Assembly (NCBI GenBank): GCA_026770705.1
Contig: JANJGN010000014.1
Coordinates: 70,928,001 to 70,992,000, forward strand
Length of the DNA stretch: 64,000 nt
Reading direction: 5' to 3'
From: Isurus oxyrinchus
Lineage: Eukaryota
In this document: piece by piece, positions 39,776 to 54,288 of the stretch
How positions within the stretch are numbered: the stretch's first letter is position 1
Layout of the letters: the number at the start of each line of letters is the position of its first letter
The notes under the pieces: generated by a model
The model's input: only the letters and a program-made list of their open reading frames with translations
Told to the model about the DNA's origin: nothing
Databases searched by the model: none
Position numbers and translations under genes: made by a program

Positions 39776-40833
39776 CGAAAAAGAAATATGTACTTGCTTC
39801 TTGGACAAGTTCCTTCTACTTGGTTTCTTTTTTAAAAATAGAAGCCAACAGACGCAATAAATAATAATTTGAGAAATAAATGCGTATGTTTACAATGATG
39901 TTACTTGTATCAAACTGGGCGCACTGTCGGTCTAATCTTGCCCTTTGCTTTAATTTAGAATCGAACTCATTTAACGATTTAGCGCTGGTCGGTTGAAGAT
40001 TACGGGAACGTAATGTTCTGAAATATGAAGAAAGGAATTCGGATTTACTTCTATATTGCACATTGACATTAAATTTATTAAACCTTTAAAGTATTGTGAA
40101 AAGTATTACGTTTAAATCATTTTCCTTGAAGTGCCCACGAGTAATTTAACAATTTCGCCTCTTGGCGAAGGCTTCGTAAATTGCAAAATGGATTGAAGAA
40201 ATTGAAATCTAAGTTAGGATTTATTGTTTATATTTATATTTATTTATATATATATACTATATATATACGTGCAACAGACACATGCATATAAATAGACATG
40301 AAAATTTGTATCACGACTGCATCACATACTCCAAAAATGGACCTAAGAATGTCTCCTACAGACCTGTTATTTTAACACTGTACTTTATGGGACCACTGTT
40401 TAAGAGTAACTCTGTAATTAACAATTCAAATCGTGTGTCTCTAATACTGTTGCTCATGGTATTGTCACATCTGATTTGCAATTACTAAATAAATGTATTT
40501 TTTCTGAATGTAGTGATTTTGGAAAATGTGATGTTCTGGTGTACAGCACACTTGCCTCAAATTGCCCGAATAACTTCAGCATGTCAAATAACTTAAGACC
40601 TACTTACTAAACAAAGTAAATAATTTGTCGTGTATTAGATAGGACAATTTCTTAGAAAAATTCTTGTTAAGGTAAACGTGCTAATTGTACTTTCAAGCAA
40701 CCATAACACTAAAATGGTCAAATCAGAATAATTGACAATATCCCAGAGTGGGCAAACAGCAAGGTTCTAAGGTCCCCGGTAAACCGCCACAGTATTAAGT
40801 GTGTTGAATCACGGTGCAATCCGTATTCCCCGC

Positions 40834-41105
40834 TCATGAGAAGGTGAGGTTAGTGGTCAGTTCTCGAATTCGGGTTTCTCGGTTCATTTTCTTCAGCTTC
40901 ATCCTCCGATTTTGAAACCAGATCTTGACTTGTCTGTCGGTCAGATTCACGCTCTTACTTATCTCTAGACGGCGCTCACGAGTCAGGTACATATTAAATA
41001 AAAACTCTTTCTCTAATTCCAGTGTTTGATATTTTGTATAAGGACATCTCTTCTTCCTCCCGCTCTTTGCTGTTAGCCAGTTGCTTATCGGAGTTTTGAG
41101 CTCTT
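40834..41105 (-). CDS. hoxd10: HoxD10 exon 2 (homeodomain)
   Basis: Acceptor gaTAG|; reads [82 protein letters not shown]. Confidence 0.96.
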
Positions 41106-42334
41106 CTATCATAATAAGAAATAAGAGGTGAGATTTTAGCAAACACGTCTGTATAAAAATTAAGTTTCGAATCAGTCTCAGCCAGTGTGGTTGTACACAA
41201 AACTGACATCCTACGTTATGCACAGACTGTAGCAACCTAATACATGCTTGTTACTTGTTGCTAAATCGTCAAACAACTGCGCACAAATATTGGTGCAATT
41301 CAAAGAGAAAATCGCTTAATACATCAAGGAGGTTAAAATATGCTTTTGGAGATTGACAAATAGTATTATATAATACACCATTTATTGTAATGCACATTTT
41401 GGGACAGGTTTCTTTGTGAATTGTAAAATATATGCCAGAGCGATTTAAGATGCACGGCAAACAATTTGTTAACATTGGATGATTAGTAGGCAATATTGTT
41501 ACTTGTGAACGGAATGTAAAGCTACGGGCTGCAGTGCACCAATAGGATTTTCACCAATAGGTCGTTTCTCAACTTCATAACCAAAATTTACTGATTGTGA
41601 AATCCTGACAATACAGACGTATGTGGTCATGATAATAATTCCGGAGGTAAATCTTAGGCTATTAAACATACTATCGCTGCCTCTTACAGAGCAGGTTAAT
41701 TGGAATTTATGATTTTACGCGCTGGTAATATCTCACATTCTACGAATGGAACTTTTATCACTGCTTATAGTAGTAATATGTTAGATATCTAACATAAACT
41801 GTTCAATGGAAAGCGACAATTTTAACTGCGACCAACACTTTCCCAGCCGCTATTCCCAGGTCAGCAAATGATGCAAATAACTTATTTTCCACAATGGAGC
41901 GAGTACAACTGAGCTTGCGCCGTAGTGCCAAATATATAAATAGTTGCCTTTAATATACTGTATGTGGTGTACGGCACTAAAAGTTTCATCCAGTATCCTA
42001 GGGCTCGCATTATGTGACACATTCCAATGCCAAGATGAAACTATCAATGTTATACTGACATCTGTAAATGATTTGCTGGCCTTTACTACGTCATTAATAA
42101 TTTCATGGAATCGGTGAGCACATTTCCCAACAATTCATTGCATTAAAAGAAAGCTGTCCTTTTATTCAGCATTATGCAGACTTTGTGCTTTGTTTGTAAA
42201 TTTAGGTGATTAGAAATACACATACCTTGCCAAACATATTGCCATGATAAAGTTACGTATTGTAGTGGCTTTGCAAGCCTTTGTATTCCCTTTACGACGC
42301 TGCCATGCTCACATTAAATCTTTTAAATGCTCAC

Positions 42335-43073
42335 CTTTAGTCTCATTGTCCGATAGCTCCGAGCTAGATTCGGCTTCCTCAACGGTTGCAGTGGCCTCCA
42401 TTATTCTCGGCTTTAGTTCAGGAGTTTCCACATATATTCCCTTAATGGATTCCTGTGCGTTTGGCTTCTCGATTATTTTCCTTTCCACTGAAGATTGGCT
42501 GGATACCTGGAGTTTATTGATAAGCCCTAGATTTGGCTGCGGCATTACGTTTGAACTGATTTCCCCAGCGTGATTATAGTCCAGGCTTTTCTCCAATGGA
42601 TAAGCTTGACAGAGTCTGAAATATCCCGGGATGGGAATTTCAGGGTTTTCGATGGAACAGTTTTCGGAGACCAGCCTGGGATAAGCGGGAATTGCGTTAG
42701 GATTGAGTTTTGCCCGTTTATCAGAATTATACATGCAGCAAGTGCTTTCTTCCTTTATGCTAGCAGGAAATGAGCACGTGGGCATCTGTGGAGTAACAGG
42801 TTGTTCAATTCGGCATGGTCTTGAAGGGTCAGCCCAGCCATCTACCTGAGGTAAATACGGATGAACGCTGATGCTCATGTTTTGATGGCTAACCTCTCCT
42901 CGTTTAGTCATGGTCGGGAGCAGTCCACAGGTCTGCATTCCGTAAGTTCCCATATCCGCGCTCGATGGCATGTACATGGAGCTGCTTGAATAGAAACCGT
43001 CACCCCTACAAGCACTAATCAGGGAATCTACTAAAAACGAGTTAGTGGCGGGCGAGCTGCTGGGACAGGACAT
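42335..43073 (-). CDS. hoxd10: HoxD10 exon 1
   Basis: ATG at 43073, [23 protein letters not shown]...[15 protein letters not shown] (HoxD10 signature); donor G|GTGAGC. Spliced product 336 aa. Confidence 0.96.
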
Positions 43074-46000
43074 TTTGGAGAGTAATTTGAAGAAGGCAGA
43101 TGATGTCCTTTGTAAGCTGACATCTCTAACAAAACATTCCCTGTGTAATTGTGGATGCCTCTGTACAACCACATGACTGCGGAGCCAATGGAATTTGAAA
43201 ATGGCCTTGAAGCACTACCTCCCCGCATATCACATGACCCACAGCCGGTTGAATTTGAGCTTAACTGTGGACAACAGCGACACCTACAACTGCAATTCCA
43301 AAGTGGCGCCCGCTCCCGTTCATCGTAAGCTCCACACAGACCCTGGCTCAAACCTTTCATCCTGTTCATACTTCAGGCTGTTTAATTTCTATCCAGCCCA
43401 TCGATCGGAAAATAATTAGCATTCCGCTTGCTAAAATGCCACTAGCTTTTTTTGATAAAGCTAAAAGGGAACTGATCGAAGAAAAAAATCTTTGTAATTT
43501 CTGACCATTGGGAAGTTTTTAGTAGAAAATGTCGGCGATATGGAATGAATGCGGAGCAGAGCAGGTTCATGATCTGAACGTCTTCGTAGTTTTAGGGACC
43601 CCGGAGCTGCCAGGACATTTCACTGTATACATTCTACACATCACGCCTGTTATCTGTATACCAGTCGGATCATGCACTTTGTTTTGATATAAACGAAGCA
43701 TTTTGTGAAATCAATGAATGAAATCAAAACAGTGCAGGCTTATCAGCATTCATTGATAAAATTATTGCTGTTATTGAGCTAAACTACACTCTATTTAGCT
43801 GCATGCACGTAAAAGCATTTTAATGCATAATAAAACCAATCTTCATGAGTAAAATTTATCCTTAGGAGCGGCCATAAGAGTGTTCACATTTGAATTATTG
43901 TAAGCTGCCTCACGCTCTGTTCTTTCTATTACAGTAGTTGCAGAGCAGACTTACTGATGTTGATGCCACGCGCTTCCATTTCGTGGTTGCATTCAAACAT
44001 TTGCACACTGGATGAGGAAAAGAAGCATTTTGCGAATCTTGCCATCACTTTTTAAAAAAATTTAATAAGTATGATTAAGTTCAGGGTTTATTACTCTGTC
44101 CTAAAAATCCCACCTTAACTTTGGAATTCTAACACATCTCCCTGCTGCAGGTGGGCGGCTTGGCTGTTGATCGTCAATAGATCCATTCTACAAAATAGGC
44201 CGGGAATGTCCCCGCACTGGGCGATCGAAAAACAACGGGAAGGCACGCCGCTTATTTGTTTGCTTTCCAACGCTGGCAGTGACCGTGCTTGTTGTTTTCG
44301 GGATTTAGTGTGGTTGATGGAATTCCATTCTTGTGCTGCATTCATTCGCAACCGATTTTTCGAACTTTCTAAAATGACAAAATCTGCCATTAACAGCACA
44401 TGTCCACGTCCGGTCATAGGGAGAACCCGCTAGAGTTCAAGAAAATCCAAATAAGGGCGAGCATCAGCTATGGAGGAGCAATGTGGCATCCACACCAAAC
44501 CACGGAGATTTTCCACTTAGCAAAAAGAAGAGCGAAGGAGATAGTGTCAGGGTCAAGGCTGTCACGGTGTCCCCATTTCTCTATTTATTTTGAAACGTAA
44601 ACCTAAGCTTTCGGTTGTTTTCGGATTATGTAATTCTTAGTCTTGCACTAAATATCTAAAATTCTACAAATATTGAAAATGAACAAAACATTCGGAAAGC
44701 TCTAAATACTTGTGGGACGTGAAAGTTATTCTCACGTATGTCTATAATTCTTTGCGCAGATAACTTACGGCTGTTTATTTACACATTATTATTTCTGACT
44801 TGATAGAATTTGTAGTCCAAATCTTTATGGCGTCCCTGCATTTTAAGATTTACATTTGATCCGTGCTTGCAGCAATTCTAAGGCAGGACAGAACTTCGTT
44901 CACAACGCCTTGATGTTGTGTAGCTACCTCCGGGGCATAAACATTGCTTCCAATCAGCATTGGTAGAGAAACACAATTATCTGGATCCTAAAGCGTTCAT
45001 ATTTCTCCAAGGCACATTACAATCCCGTTCTTAACAGCCAAACCTGTCTTAGCAAAGGACTTACAAGAGGGACTAGATTTGGCTCTGAAGGTTCTTAAAC
45101 AATGTTCCTTCCGTGTAAAATCATTTTGCTAAATTTTAAAAAAGCAACCTAAAAGACCAGTATATGACTGGGCGAGCAATGTACCCAGTTGAGCACATCA
45201 TACATTATTGATAAAGTTCATATTAATTTATTCAGCGTTTTCTCTTAATTAAAAATGGGAGTAGACATGCTTTGATGTAAAACTAGTCTTCCAGGCAAGG
45301 GCAAGAGTAGCAGTACAAAGGAAAAAACGGTTGCTTTTCCCGGGCTTTTTGCATTTATGTGTAACATGGGTGAATATGTGCAAAATACAGAAATAAGATT
45401 GATGCCACTTTCTATTCTTGACTTCTTTATTATTTCCTCCGTCAAACATAAAAGCAGTTTATATTCTAGTAAAATAAAATACAATTAGCCACTGCTGTTT
45501 TACTATTGATAACGGATACTATTCATTATACATATGTAGATACCACGAATACATCTGGAAAAATACGATACTTTGAGAACTGTTCTAAGCAATAGACTAA
45601 CCCCAACGATTTGTTTATCATAAACAATGAATTGTTGAACGAGAGCCAACATTGTGCTTTTATTACACAACCATGTTATAAACAATAATCAAATCCATGG
45701 CTAACAAAGTCAAGCCAGCGGGAGCACTTTACTTGTAAGCGATCAAAAGGAAAAAGCTAGCGGCAGTGACTTTGCAAGTAGAACAGTCAAGAACCGATGC
45801 CCCGCTATTTCCACAGATACTTGCAGCCTTGAACAAGGGAATTCTCAGCGCCTTGAGGCCTTCACAGTATAAAACTGGTATTTATATACAAATTGCGATC
45901 TCAAAATTGAATAACAATCGAAAGATGAAATGTTTTGATGTTAGAATAGGCAATGCATAGCTCAAACGTGTTTTCATCATGAAGTGTTTCTTCTTCATTC

Positions 46001-49000
46001 AATACAAGGCAATACGTTGCTCAGGAGCCGTGACTTGTGCCGCCATTTATTAGTACCTCACATTTGCCGTCACATTGTACGGGGCACGCTAAAGACGAGC
46101 AACATCAGTTACCACAGTACTACGTAGGGAGGCATTACCGCGGCATATTTGTATTTATGCATATGTTTATCAGCTATAAATTGCTATGCAGGAAACTTTT
46201 TTAAATTTACAAAACTGCTTTCACATTCTCGTCTACACATTGCTTATTTACGCACTAGCATGGCGTTGATTGTATCAATGTTTATTAAAGACACAATGGG
46301 AGCGGGTTATCGCATTAAGCATCGCTTAAGTTTACACTGCACCAATTGCATGCCAAGTAAACAAAACAATTTAATTGTATCAAGCGGTCTTGCATGATAC
46401 TATAAATGTTAATTTCAATGTGTTCAAATAAAATTATAAGTCTGTAAACCTGTATCATAAGACCCCTGGTATGCCAAAAATACCCTCATAAAATATTACG
46501 ACTGCAAACGCAGGAGAATTAACGGCTATGAAATCTTTGAACTATAAAGTGTCCTGGTATGCAGGGGAGAAGATTAAATATCAAACACAGTTATCATGAG
46601 TGTACGCTCAACACACGCAGAGCCAAGTTTCGCAAAGGGAAGGTTATATTAATAGCAGCTCGAAAGTGAACTGACTGATTAGTCTCCGAACGATACTTTA
46701 ATGTTTAATAACGTAGTTATAAGCTGTTTATGGGAGAAATGTTACACACAATCCTCCTTAAATTAGTTCTAATGATGGAGATTAATTAAAATCTCGTAAT
46801 GCATTAAAGCGCCAACGCGGAATGTGATTTGATGGAAGGATTTTATATTAGGCAAGCTTAATGAATATTAGATTTAAACAGGAACATGAAGTAACAGTAT
46901 TACATTTGCAGCGATTTGCAATATAAAACAAACAACATTCCCCTTCCGTACGCGCGCGCGCGCACACACACACACACATCACCAATAACAATCCTACTGT
47001 CAAAATGAGACAACATAATGGAAAGAACATTTGTCATGTCCCTCCAAAAAATGGCCGAATAAATTTAAATCACTGTAGTCACTGCAAATGTTGAGGTAGG
47101 ATTTTTGTTTGTTTGTTTATCTTACAGTGTTAACCAAGCGATGGGCCCAAGCTTTGACAGAGGCTCACATTTCTTCTGTTAGACATCCCACTAGCCTAAA
47201 CTGGTATGGTCTTGTGACCATGAAACCGCCAGGCACTTGGCACCTTCACTTTCACCTTGAAATTTTTTTGACCGTTTCACCACACTTAGAACTCAGAATT
47301 AAATGTGTGAGCATAAAGCTCGTGTCATTAGTTTCGGCGCTTTTGTTTGTAGTTTATCAGACAAATGTAGAAAAGATTGAATGAAAGCATCCTTCCAGTC
47401 TGAGTATTCCATGGGCATCCGGTTAAAGTGCATGTAAAGCTTTCGTCAGCCTAACTTTGTTTGCCGCCACAGTTGTGTACAACAAAACGTTTCTCTAGTG
47501 TTACCGCCTGTAGATACTTCGGAAATATTTTTGGCCATGAATATTTTCAGTTAAATTGTGAGTGAAAGTCAAATTAGAATGCACACGACCGCCGCTTTCA
47601 TTGTGCCTGACTACAAATTGCAAACTACTTGCAACTGAGTCCAACATAATTAAATCACTTCACTCCTTGACATATCAAATAAGCTATTGTGATACTTACT
47701 ATCTGCAAACTATCGTGTGTATCAATAAACAATTGCAGCTATTAGAATATTAGCCTTCCTATGTTTTAAATTACATACCTTCGTGTACTTCAACTGCGTT
47801 ATATCTGATTAAAATATTACTATATTATCATCCAATAAAACAACTGGACAGGGAAAAATATTTTCCAAAAACCGTTTTTCGTCATTTAAAAATAAGATAA
47901 TAAAAGAAGAGCAAAATAAAAGTTCATCACACGATTCACTAGATGTGTGGAACTGAATGGAAGCTGGTTGACAAGTATGAACTCCCCAGCCTTGCCACGA
48001 GAAAGGGAAAGACGTTCAGGCAATTAGCACATGTTCGGAAATCTTCTTAAGGGAAAATAGGAAACTTAAAGCAAAACAACCCATTTAATACACAAGCATT
48101 AATGCCATTGGAGCGGGTATTAGTGTAATTGCTGCAATCGGCCGCTTTGAGAACGTAAAATGATGTTACACGTAATGCGTTCGTTCTGTTTTACAACATG
48201 AGATTAAAGAGTATATCTTTCCATACATTACAATATTTCAAATTGCTGAAACTCTTGTAAATATAAGCTTGTTACGTATGTCCAACGGGCTGTGCATTTG
48301 ATTCCACTTAAAAGGTTCACAGAACATTACCGTCAAATATTCGTGGTTTCCACACTGAGAAAATTCGTCAATTATTGAGTTTTCTCGCCGAAGTCAACAT
48401 CCCTGACCGCATCCTTTCCACTGTTACAGAAAAGGGCAACAATTTAACGGGCAACAGCGATGTAACCGGCATCCCTTTGTCCAGTTAAAACAGAAAGGAA
48501 ACTGCAGTAAACATAACGTCATTACCGAGGTGAAATGTACACCGGAAATATTATTAGACTGTCCAATACTATTCATTTCATAACCTTGTTAAATTTGACT
48601 GGATTGAGGGGACGCTCCAGGGGGAAAACAGTACAGAGAATGGGCTGTTCAGACACTATGTTGCCAGTTGAGCCGACCGCATCGCCAGGATGTGAACAGA
48701 AATAACTACTTAGGATTTTTCTCAACATTGGCTGTTTGATTTAACAATTTCCGCCTATTGTTACATTGTTTAGAATCTTAAAAAAAATAATGGTAATGTG
48801 TTCCCCCAGTTTGCTCTATGCATTCATGTTATTTGGGGCTGTTATAGACGTAATACACCAGGTCTGATTTGATCTTTGTGTTGTTATGCTACAAAAGCGT
48901 TGCTTCGGCCCCATTACTTTGTAACTTTATGCAATCAGAACCCAACAAATCCAATCAACAAGTTTAAGCGAATATACCGAGTAAAGGCTGATAAAACTAT

Positions 49001-49277
49001 CCAAGTAATGTAATTGGGAAATGAATTGTACTCATTTTGGACTCATTACGACGAGAAAATAACGCCTTAATATTTGAAGAGAGCAAGAAACTTGTTAAAC
49101 TTACGACTGGAATGAACTAGGTTGTATTTAATTCCACACTTCGACATGATATTTCAGATAAGTGGCAGGAAGAACTTTATCGTTTGGAATACTTACATTA
49201 TTTCGGTTTCTTTCATATTGATCCCTGAAAGCCAGTTTCACAGTATTGCTGGCCTAGGCTGAAACTTAGTGCTACAT

Positions 49278-49293
49278 TGCGCCGCCGTGTGGC
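49278..49293 (-). promoter_or_regulatory. CTCF-like motif
   Basis: Minus strand GCCACACGGCGGCGCA fits CCAC-N-NGGNGGCGC; a GC-rich patch in AT-rich DNA. Confidence 0.5.
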
Positions 49294-49909
49294 TATTTGC
49301 GGAATTAACCATCTTGGCAATGATGGTCACTGTAAACTGTCCTCGCTGTTTTAACAATTTTTAATTAGCTTAATCAAAATATATATGTCATGGCAACTTA
49401 AGTAAGATACGCAAACAGTAAAACCATACTTAGGTCAGTATTGTGTATTACAACGATACAGAAAAAGTTGAGCTGCCAGGTTTGCATCGGAAATTCTGAG
49501 TCGTAAATTACATTTTCTCTCATTTCCATGGAAACCGAGATACTCGTGGGTGATTGGTATAGTGTTTGGACGTATGATGAACATTTTTGACTCGTTCAGC
49601 TTGCATGAGAATGACCTATATGGAAAGATGTTGTTCCTATCAGCTAAGCATAGAACAAAGGAGCCTCCGTGTTTATTAACGTTGTACAAAAATACTTGGG
49701 GGATATTGTTGAATGCAATTTATGGAAAAGCACAAATACGCTGCTCAAGTGCAGAGATATTGAGAAAACATCATTTTGACATTGGACTGCTTGTGGCCTT
49801 TAGCACACGTACTTTAGTAACACGTTATAGATGTTTAAGTTTTAATCTTACTTTAGGAGGGAAGCTGCAAGAACAACCCAACAGCCACCAGGCGCCTATG
49901 TCTTCAAAA

Positions 49910-49932
49910 AGGTTAAAGGTGATGACCTTGAC
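49910..49932. promoter_or_regulatory. Nuclear-receptor site cluster between HoxD11 and HoxD10 (region IX-like)
   Basis: AGGTTAAAGGTGATGACCTTGA: a DR1-like pair on + plus TCAAGGTCA on -; position fits the mouse Hoxd11/10 region IX. Confidence 0.6.
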
Positions 49933-50689
49933 ATTATAGAAGTTCAAAGACAACATTATAAGAATTCTCCTTTCAAAATATACCTTAGTATGCTCACGAG
50001 GAGATGCTACTTTGTCAGTATCACCCTGGCCTTCATTAAGTTTAACAAATTTGTTTGATGTAACTTAGGTGGGATCCAGATTTAATTTTTTTTCCCAATG
50101 TTAGACTTTATAAGTTGACTTGCCTTTGAGTTCGTATTCCTTTGTAAAATCTATTTAACTTTGATTTCTTTCGATTCTTTTGTTTGGTATACAGTGCGGG
50201 AGCCTTTCTTAGTGGGAGAAGGTGTAATAAGTCGCCATTAAGCTGGTTAGAGCAGTGAACTTTACGATGTTGTCTAGACAGTTCAAGGTTTTGTAAACAG
50301 CAATGCTGTGTCATGCGGCACGGAAACTTGGCGATTAGTTTTCGGGGGAAAAAATCTTTGAGGTTTTGAGAAGCCCTATTTACAGCGTTGCAGGGACACT
50401 GAGGTTCGCTTCAAGTTATCATATGTTGTTTATACCCTTAAGTGCTTCCCCTCTGTAGGAGTTTAGTTTAATTTTGAATATACGTTGCCATTACCTTTTT
50501 TCTTACAATAGAAATAAATTTGTTAATCAACTTCCAGACGTCAATATGTTTAATCCAATTATTTAAAAAAATTGCAATCAACTATCATGTTTATAGGCGA
50601 AACGCCAAGTCAACTTTCGGCTTTTCCTTTTAAAACAAAAACATTCGCGGAGGCGCATAATACATGAACAGGACAGTAATCTGTAATAT

Positions 50690-50780
50690 AAACACCAAAA
50701 ATATGCTGGAAATACTCAGCAGATCAGGCACCATCTGTTATATTTCAGATTTCCAACATCCGCATTACTTTGCCTTTTGT
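50690..50780. mobile_element. Second, internally deleted copy of the same repeat
   Basis: ATGCTGGAAATACTCAGCAGATCAGGCACCATCTG joined directly to ATATTTCAGATTTCCAACATCCGCATTACTTTG; both parts match the 39.6 kb copy. Confidence 0.65.
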
Positions 50781-51563
50781 ACAGTAAATTGCAATGTGTG
50801 CACTGTATTTCAGAGATAAACAACACTTGTATCTTCCGAATTAATTGGTGGTCCCAGTTTTGGTCTGCTTAGTATACTCAATCGTCTATTCATTAAAAAA
50901 AAAACTTTATTGATAAGATTTCTTATAAGGCTTTTATTCACTTGAGACAAAACACATTCTAAAACATGCATTTATCATGAAATGTCAACTAGCTTGTAAC
51001 CTTAAAACAGAATTATGAACATTGCATCAAATTTCGACATCTCTAGCTACGGTATGTTTTGGTTAATTAATGAAATACAATGGAAGAAGTAAAATAATAA
51101 ATATGCATTTCTTCTTTTCATGGGATACACACAACTTGAACAAGTATGGTTAGTTTGGCTATACAATGACTACGACAGAAATAGAAAATACTATATTATC
51201 TGATTGACCTATCGCTGTGAACAAACGATTGCTCCATTTTAGCGCTCTATTACCCCGATTTATTGTTAAAAATGAGCACTCTGCTCCTTTACGCCCTGAA
51301 TCAAGCCTGTTCCGCTGGAATTGAACAACACAAATACTGAGGTAAGAATGTTCCCTAATAAACGTTACGGCCGTGTTTCCTGCACAACCGTGTCACCCTT
51401 AAATTCGATTCTACGTCGATCGTATTAAGGACAGTCTGCTTTCCACAGAAGAACAACAAAACTATTCTCTCATACTTGCAAGTCACACCTTCTGTAAATA
51501 AATATCGACTAAGGCAATGGAGAGTTGGTCGAAGAGGATCCACCAGAGTAAATTGCATCATAG

Positions 51564-51796
51564 TCACAGTAAGGGATTGCCAGTAAAAAAGTGCAGGCGA
51601 TCTCTGCTAAGTTTCTTTTCTTTCATCCTTCGATTCTGGAACCAAATTTTGACTTGTCTGTCGGTGAGGTTTAACATTCTCGACAACTGCAAGCGTTTTT
51701 CTTTGTTTATGTAAACATTGAAGAAAAATTCTCGTTCAAGTTCCCGGATTTGATATTTGGTATAAGGACATCTTTTCTTTCTGCAGCGTAGAGCAG
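51564..51796 (-). CDS. hoxd11: HoxD11 exon 2 (homeodomain)
   Basis: Acceptor cccgccAG|; reads [72 protein letters not shown]. Confidence 0.96.
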
Positions 51797-52027
51797 CTGG
51801 CGGGAAATACATTAAAAAAATAAGGTTACAAAGCATCATATAGCAACAGACGTGCTCTTCATTATTTGTACTTAAACTCGGCACCAAACGATGTAAACAA
51901 CGTTCTTGGTTCGACTGGTCAAATATACCCTGGAAGCACCATTTATTTCTTGATAGCTTTTTTTTAATGGATATGCTTAATTACTTTTTTCTTTTATGAC
52001 GTTTGATTTTCGTTATTCAAAGCAACA

Positions 52028-52042
52028 GTCGCAGGGGGGCAA
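52028..52042 (+). promoter_or_regulatory. CTCF-like motif in HoxD11 intron
   Basis: GTCGCAGGGGGGCAA resembles the CTCF core. Confidence 0.45.
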
Positions 52043-52355
52043 AATCATAAGTGAAACTTCGCCTTGTTAGTATAAAAGAAAAACATTTGCAATGAACAGA
52101 AGCAGAAATACCCTTCGGTCAAATTGGAATGGCATTATTGAAATCATTATAGAAAGTTAGAATCGACTATTCGTGGGTTTGCATATTCAAAAAGCCCACC
52201 TAAACCGATTTCCCGTCGTAAACAACCTTTACAGCTTTAAAGCAGATCTTATAGGGTATATAAAATCCTTCGGCTGCTTATAAAATTTCACATAAAATCT
52301 GTGAGACAAAATGTGTTGGCCCTGTATTCTAACCCCGGGTTACTACTGCACCTAC

Positions 52356-52959
52356 TGGATAGATTGCTTTTGTCGGCCGCACTGTTACTGGAGGACTCGA
52401 CGGTGCTTTTTTCGGTTGTACTTTCTTTCTCCTGCTCAGAAGAAACTTTATCAGATGCTGTGATACTTGGGCACGTCGACGCGGACTTTTCGGTCAACTG
52501 TTCATAAGTAGTGGAGTCAGAAATCCCATAAGCTGTCTCAAAAAACTGATCAAAACCTTGAGGAAGAATTCCATTCCTGCCAACTGCAGTGTAGAAATTG
52601 CAAGCTGGATTTGAACTTCCACGCTGGCTGTACACAGAATCGTTTTTAAACAGCATTCCTGTCCTGGTCGGTGGTTGGATATAGTCTCTATGCATTATTT
52701 CTTCTGCAGAGCAATAAGGGGCATAGTTGCTCCTGTAATGCCACTTCGTCGGACGTTCTAAACCGTAATCTCTGAACGCCACTTCCCGGACAGGTTGAAC
52801 CTGGGTTAAATTAGAGGAGTAAGGAAATGTCATTTGGCAAGAAGTGCTCTGCGGTAAAAATGTTGACACTGACGAGAAATCTGGGGCTGAAACATAGTAC
52901 GTGCAGCTGGGCAAATACATACTCGAGGCGCAGCTACCACGGTCTTCAAACTCTGTCAT
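52356..52959 (-). CDS. hoxd11: HoxD11 exon 1 (may start at upstream in-frame ATG 53013)
   Basis: [23 protein letters not shown]...[28 protein letters not shown] (HoxD11 signature); phase-1 donor A|GTAGGT at 52355. Confidence 0.93.
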
Positions 52960-54288
52960 ATTTTGCTTTCGGAGGTGCGAGGAAGAATTATCAGGATTGA
53001 TGATGTTAAACATGCTCCATCTATTCTACCCGAAAAGCGTATGAACAGAGTCGGCGACAGAAAAAAATTGGGAACGCAGGCTGACGTGCAATTCATCTTG
53101 ATTGATTCTAAGGGTAAACGAGTCATGTGATCCAATGTAGAAATTACCATAGATCAGTTTTGGTCATTAAGATCCATCCTTTGGAACTCGAAGGTAATAC
53201 TCTCAAAATTAGCCTATCGGCTTTCAGGCTGTGCTAGGTAGCTGCGTTTGGTTCCCAATGCCAAGGATTTGCCCTGTGACTAAGGATAAAGCAAACACAG
53301 CAACAAATAATTTAATCTGCACACCACAGTCTGTCACGGATACCTTTCTATATTTGGAAACATCAAAAACATCAGCGCTGTTTCATTAACTGTTGAGGTT
53401 ATGTCCATAATATAAAACTATATTCTGCCAAATAGGCAGCATGGAAATTTTTATATTTTAAAATGCAAAAAAATTACTACGTGTATGATAAGTAACAAGG
53501 AGGATTTCCAAGCCATTTCGTGGTGATGAACCGAAAGGATACTGCCTAAACTCTACTTCAAGGTCGGATTGACGTGCCAATAGAAATTTCATTGTATGTC
53601 CCATAGTAAGGAAATTAGAATATGTGCATTAAAAGACGATAACGGCATTATTCATTTTTATTTTGAAACTAGTGGTTTCCAACCTTTCCCCCCGTTTTAG
53701 AAGATCCGGTTTGGCATATCCTATAGTCAAGAATATGCAAATGATAAAGCCATTCCTTACTGTTGAGCTTTATTATGTTACATTCCAAACTGATTTTCCT
53801 TCATTAATTGTCTCGATATTGTTGTTCACATTACGCAAATTAACCATCCAATGACCGCGGGAGTTTAACACTACCTTCGATATAAACCGTAAATCTGCGA
53901 GTTAAACAAGGTTTTGGAGTTTAGTGCCTCCAGAACATCAAAATATAGCCGCACTACGATATTTAAACTATTCCTAAATTGCCAGGCTTGCGCGGGGTGT
54001 AAATTTCTCATTGTAATTTCAAAAGTTCATGTTCATGATTTGCATGAATTGGAAACAACACGTGGAAACTCCTTGTGGCAGCTGGAGAGTGGGTTCAGCC
54101 GTCTGAGAATTGAAACCAGCGCATTGCCGAGTTATTCCGTAATCTTTCCCATTGGCAGAACCTAATATATGCAGCCTAATGAATAGGTTCATCTGCAGGA
54201 AAGTGAACTTCTTGTTTGAAAAGTGCTCGAATTTGCCAGTGTGGACTATCCTCTGCAAACGGATGCTTATATGTGACTGTCCGTGGTG

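Noticed and set aside
36000-40830. miR-196 gene between Hox10 and Hox9
   Set aside because: No match to the mature sequence was found by eye, consistent with HoxD identity.
40200-40833. miR-10 seed site in HoxD10 3'UTR, as reported in mammals
   Set aside because: No ACAGGGT seen on the minus strand in this interval.
43710-43757. 11-bp inverted repeat ATCAATGAATG/CATTCATTGAT
   Set aside because: Short AT-rich stem with no recognisable miRNA; compatible with chance.
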